Positions 60,347 through 64,000 of a DNA stretch of 64,000 bases are shown one piece after another. The position numbers were made by a program, and so were the translations under genes. The stretch is from Acutalibacteraceae bacterium (lineage in GTDB: Bacteria; Bacillota; Clostridia; Oscillospirales; Acutalibacteraceae). Each line of letters starts with the position of its first letter. Within the stretch, counting starts at the first letter, position 1. The notes below the pieces were generated by a model. It was not told the origin of the DNA. It did no database searches and was given only the letters and a program-made list of their open reading frames with translations. The stretch covers positions 525-64,524 of the forward strand of contig JAZQSV010000041.1 of NCBI GenBank assembly GCA_045630265.1, given 5' to 3'.

Positions 60347-61096
60347 TTATAAAATATGATACTTCCTTTTGATGGTTTTATCAACAATTATTTCTTTTGC
60401 TTTTTCAAGATTGTCAATATATTTTAAATTGCACTTTTTCACACACGGTATTTTGCACTTTTCGAATATAAATTCTATAAATTGAATGCAAGGTGTAAAT
60501 TTGGGTAACACATATTCATCGGAATAGAATGTTATTTTATTTTTAAAGTCCAACATTTCTACCTTAGTCTCAGCGTAAAGATATTCTAAATAATCCAATC
60601 CACCGCAGGCAGATTCAAAATCAATTTGTTGAATAGCATTAAGATTTTTTTCTAGTTCCGACTTGTCAAGTGGTATTCTATCCGACATAGCTGTCTCAAA
60701 AACATATTTCCGATACTCAGTTGTGTTCACACCGATAAGCATTTCATCACACCATGCTAAATTTGTTATTGCTTGTTTTCCATATTCAGCAGCTTCACTT
60801 TGAAGTCTATACATGTTGAAATACCTTATATAATACTTTCCGTTGTTTTCAATAACATAAAAGTCATATTCTATGTTTCCATAACCACCTCTTGCCGTCT
60901 GTCCATACGTTTTATAATGAAAATAAACAACAATGTTATCATCTGTATTTCCAAAAACAAAATTTGTATATTTCCAATTATAGTATCTGTCACAATGTTT
61001 AGAAAGTTCATACACTTGATTGTATAACACACCAATCGACTTACCCTCATTTTGTTTCTTTTCCTCTTCATATAATTTATGACAAGGAATTTGCAT
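60347..61096 (-). CDS. hypothetical protein
   Basis: The ATG at 61096 lies 5 nt after GAGGTGA. Low-GC gene. No family recognised. Confidence 0.55.
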   Translation of the reverse strand: MQIPCHKLYEEEKKQNEGKSIGVLYNQVYELSKHCDRYYNWKYTNFVFGNTDDNIVVYFHYKTYGQTARGGYGNIEYDFYVIENNGKYYIRYFNMYRLQSEAAEYGKQAITNLAWCDEMLIGVNTTEYRKYVFETAMSDRIPLDKSELEKNLNAIQQIDFESACGGLDYLEYLYAETKVEMLDFKNKITFYSDEYVLPKFTPCIQFIEFIFEKCKIPCVKKCNLKYIDNLEKAKEIIVDKTIKRKYHIL

Positions 61097-61170
61097 TTCA
61101 ATCACCTCTTATTGTTATTATAATAGATTAACACACCGAAACAAAGGACTTCACTTTATAAAAACTTCAA
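61097..61170 (-). promoter_or_regulatory. repeated promoter/leader module, diverged copy 3
   Basis: Minus strand: AAGTGAAGTCCTTTGTTTCGGTGTGTTAATCTATTATAATAACAATAAGAGGTGATTGAA. Confidence 0.45.
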
Positions 61171-61368
61171 TTACTTACTGTTTTTGATAATGTACCAAAC
61201 TTCAATACACAAAAAGGGAGGAATTAAATGTATGCAATTATTTCTCCCTTATCATCAACTATTTTTGCACAATAGTTATTATCTCTTTCTGGTAAAAAAT
61301 AAAATCTATATTTTTTCATATTTGATTTATCAAATTTTTTTAGTATTTTCGGTTTCCAATTTTGTGTT

Positions 61369-61683
61369 TTACCACCAACATTCACAAAACTCAAAATCGG
61401 ACATTATATCTAACACTTTTGGTGTATATACTCTTGTAATTCTCAAATTCTCAATTAATTCGATTGGAACATAATCTACATAATATCTTCCACCACGACT
61501 AAGCCCCAAGACAGAAATGTTCGTTTTATTTTCGTCTGGTAATCTTTCATCCCACAGGCGTCCGCTAAGATACACCTTTGTATTTCCCTTAAATGATGCA
61601 GTTCCATATCTCAAAACACCGTTTTCGTCAATTCGGGTTTTCTTTATGTTTCCCGCAACGGCATATCTCCACAAGTTTTTCAT
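61369..61683 (-). CDS. hypothetical protein (104 aa)
   Basis: ATG 5 nt after GAGGTGA. No family recognised. Confidence 0.5.
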   Translation of the reverse strand: MKNLWRYAVAGNIKKTRIDENGVLRYGTASFKGNTKVYLSGRLWDERLPDENKTNISVLGLSRGGRYYVDYVPIELIENLRITRVYTPKVLDIMSDFEFCECWW

Positions 61684-61743
61684 TCAACTCACCTCTAATT
61701 ATAATATATCACACCTTATGTCCAATTAAAAGGACTTTGCAAA
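61684..61743 (-). promoter_or_regulatory. repeated promoter/leader module, copy 2
   Basis: Minus strand: TTTGCAAAGTCCTTTTAATTGGACATAAGGTGTGATATATTATAATTAGAGGTGAGTTGA. It matches copy 1 at 26 of the first 28 nt. Confidence 0.55.
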
Positions 61744-61776
61744 GAAAAATCCCCGTGGATTGTTCCACGGGGATTC
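61742..61776 (-). terminator. terminator preceding module copy 2
   Basis: aatccccgtgg/ccacggggatt stem followed by U5 on the minus RNA. Confidence 0.75.
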
Positions 61777-62080
61777 GATTGGGTTTATAAAGTCAGCAAA
61801 CTAAATTACTTGCTTTCCTTAATTGCAGCCTGTACTGCTTCGGCCGAGCCGCACTAAGCCCTTAAAGCCGCATAAACAAAGGCTTTGCGAGTATCAGACC
61901 ATTAAAATTCGGCACCTTTTGAGAGGGCTGTCTTACGCCTTTCCACCCTAACAGCAACATTAAAAATCAGGCAAAAACTAAAAATTCATACATTTTTCGC
62001 CCCGTTTTTCACCCAAATAACACCTGATTGCTCATCCTAACAGCAACTATACAGCTACTATCGACCAGCATTAAAAATAG

Positions 62081-62746
62081 TTATTTCTTTTTGCCTCTGC
62101 GCTGGTAGTCAGCGTTGATATCCTCACTCCAATCCGCACTAAGAGGTGCGCTTGCTCTGACATTGCAAACTGCTTTTGCAACCGACTCATAAAGAATATG
62201 AGTGCCCTCACCGTCAGCATTGTAGTTCACTGCTCGGTCAGCACCTATACCATAACGGGATGCTGTTTCAACCGCATCAATATTAGCACCGATGAAAAGG
62301 AACTCCCAACCGTATTTTTCTTTCTGTCGCTCAATCATCTTTTTAACCTGTTCGCTTGTGTACTTATTACTTGCGTTTTCTTGACCGTCGGTTGTAATAA
62401 CAAACATTGTATGCTCCGGTACATCCTCAGGACGAGCATACTTGTGTATGTTACCAATATGATGAATTGCCCCACCGATAGCATCGATAAGTGCAGTACA
62501 ACCACGAACTGTGTAATCGTTGTCGGTCATCTTTGGAATGTCATGGAGTTTTACGCGATCGTGCAGAACTTCACTCTCATCATCAAAAAGCACAGTAGAT
62601 ACATAGCAACCGCCGTCATGTTTCTTCTGCTTTTCAATCATCGAGTTAAAACCACCGATTGTGTCATTCTCAAGCCCTGCCATAGAACCGCTACGATCCA
62701 AAATAAATACGAGTTCAGTAATATTGTTTTTGTTTGTATTTTTCAT
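62081..62746 (-). CDS. stand-alone von Willebrand factor A (vWA) domain protein
   Basis: MIDAS motif (LVFILDRSGSM..T). The second ATG (62746) has an AGAGAGG SD. The track start is 62767. Confidence 0.8.
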   Translation of the reverse strand: MKNTNKNNITELVFILDRSGSMAGLENDTIGGFNSMIEKQKKHDGGCYVSTVLFDDESEVLHDRVKLHDIPKMTDNDYTVRGCTALIDAIGGAIHHIGNIHKYARPEDVPEHTMFVITTDGQENASNKYTSEQVKKMIERQKEKYGWEFLFIGANIDAVETASRYGIGADRAVNYNADGEGTHILYESVAKAVCNVRASAPLSADWSEDINADYQRRGKKK

Positions 62747-62838
62747 AATAGAAAACCTCTCTTTCATTTGATGTCATCATTGTACACCAATAAAAGAGAG
62801 GTTAGGTCGCTTCGCAAGCGACAAATTAAAAACCGAAT

Positions 62839-64000
62839 TTAAAAATATTTTGAATAATAGGAACCCAAATTCTGAACCAAAATCAATGCATTAATTATGT
62901 TCTCACGGAATGCATCTACGTTAGTATCAGTTTGTTGAAATTTAAAATCTTTATAAAACTGTTTTCCTAAGTCGAAAGCATTTTCAAGTGGTTCATGTTT
63001 TTCTTCATCAAAGTTGCTTTGTATCCTGCCTCCCCAAGCATCGCTCGGGCTATAAGAACATAAGAGTTTAGCTGCACAACCATCATCGATGGGGTTTGCG
63101 CTAAAACATGTATACTCTATGGCTTTTGCAAATAAATATCCAAATAGATTTGCTAAAAGTTCATCATTGTCAGACTCTACATCAGTAGGCAAAGCTTCAA
63201 GCATTTGTTTTGCATTGTTTTCAAACTCGCTTAAATTTGCTGAATCACATAACACAGCTTCAAAATGTTCTTCATCTTTTAGAATGCCGTGAAAAAGTGC
63301 TCTTGCTTTAATTGCTTCAGAAACAGATTTCGGAAATTCAAAATCCTCCAACGGATTATTTATCTCTGGCTTTTGATCAAATGTAAAATGATACCTCGAA
63401 TTCTGAGAGGTTGTAAGTTTTACAATATTCCCGTTTTTATCCAACTCAATAAAAACAATCGACGTGTAATTTGTTTCTTCATTTTCGGCAATAACTAAGC
63501 ATCGCTTTCCAACACCATACTCAAGTGCTTCCTCGCCATCATCAATTTGAGTAATAGTTGCAAACTGAACGATATGCTTATTCTCGTTGTCTTGTTGAAC
63601 AAATTTTACCCTATCAACAACCTCTTGAGAGCCAAGATATTTTTCCCCGTTATACTCAGCTGAGTACACTACATCTTCACTTAATATGCTTTTTATTCTA
63701 TCAGGATCGTTTCCGGAAAAAACATAACGCATTGCAGCAAGAGTATGTTCTTCATCACGGATAATACCTTCGTCATATTCGTATATTGCCACATCCCCCG
63801 AAAGAGTGCCATAGAAAGAAACAGTTGCTCCAACCTTGATATTTTCTCTATATTCCTCCGCAACTTGCTCTGCGGTATGTATAATATCAAGAGGCCCGAA
63901 TTCTGTATCAACAACACATCTAATAAAGGTATTATCGGATTCTCCGTTCGTCTCGAACTTTCCCCAATATGCTCCTTTAACAGTTCCACGAATAGCAGTC
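62839..64000 (-). CDS. hypothetical protein, 5'-truncated by the window edge
   Basis: The reading frame of ORF 62839..63792 stays open upstream to position 63999 (..TAIRGTVKGAYWGKFETNGESDN..YGTLSGD-VAIYEY). The GTG start in the track is therefore probably an artefact. Confidence 0.55.
   Translation of the reverse strand, partial: TAIRGTVKGAYWGKFETNGESDNTFIRCVVDTEFGPLDIIHTAEQVAEEYRENIKVGATVSFYGTLSGDVAIYEYDEGIIRDEEHTLAAMRYVFSGNDPDRIKSILSEDVVYSAEYNGEKYLGSQEVVDRVKFVQQDNENKHIVQFATITQIDDGEEALEYGVGKRCLVIAENEETNYTSIVFIELDKNGNIVKLTTSQNSRYHFTFDQKPEINNPLEDFEFPKSVSEAIKARALFHGILKDEEHFEAVLCDSANLSEFENNAKQMLEALPTDVESDNDELLANLFGYLFAKAIEYTCFSANPIDDGCAAKLLCSYSPSDAWGGRIQSNFDEEKHEPLENAFDLGKQFYKDFKFQQTDTNVDAFRENIINALILVQNLGSYYSKYF

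Noticed and set aside
61184-61474. Plus-strand 96-aa ORF, and a 31-aa minus-strand ORF (MKKYRFYFLPERDNNYCAKIVDDKGEIIAYI, 61224..61319), in the gap between the 104-aa and 249-aa genes
   Set aside because: The plus ORF is Phe/Leu/Tyr/Ile/Asn-rich, as expected from AT-rich non-coding DNA, and it overlaps the neighbouring gene antisense. The 31-aa ORF has no SD and may be a gene remnant.
63693-63989. 98-aa track ORF at the window end
   Set aside because: A different frame on the same strand continues the 62839..63792 gene without stops to the window edge and gives a normal protein-like sequence. The 98-aa frame is Leu/Ile-rich junk.
1-64000. Search for rRNA, tRNA, CRISPR arrays, transposases, integrases or prophage structural genes
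   Set aside because: None was recognised on either strand. The accessory-looking parts (21.3-22.2 kb and 59-64 kb) lack any recombinase within the window.

Overview
The window looks like a chromosomal segment from a spore-forming Firmicute of the class Clostridia, at moderate GC. I found no rRNA, tRNA, CRISPR array, transposase or integrase. Positions 1-27.6 kb are mostly housekeeping and sporulation genes: tspO, apgM-type mutase, degV, prfA, tsaC/sua5, coaE, rpsO, pnp, comM/yifB, alr, sigG, two M14 cell-wall peptidase paralogs and NodB deacetylases. This block is interrupted by a TPP riboswitch-thiT unit, a low-GC XRE-SLOG islet, and two promoter- or terminator-bounded regions with no credible ORF, which are candidate ncRNAs. 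At 27.7 kb a guanine-class purine riboswitch precedes a TGS/uridine-kinase-family gene. The most unusual part is 29.7-45.3 kb on the minus strand. There, a Gram-positive-type pel exopolysaccharide locus (pelD-E-A(DA)-F-G) runs without gaps into cotH, a VTC polyphosphate-polymerase-like gene, DUF4956, an EAL phosphodiesterase and a GGDEF cyclase. Its PelD carries an N-terminal HD-GYP domain, and a structured 311-nt spacer separates pelD from pelE. Positions 48.0-55.5 kb hold an AraC-controlled seven-gene sugar operon that mixes inositol-like or 3-keto-glycoside-like enzymes with amino-sugar enzymes. Positions 59-64 kb form a low-GC tail of single-gene units that share a repeated promoter/leader module.
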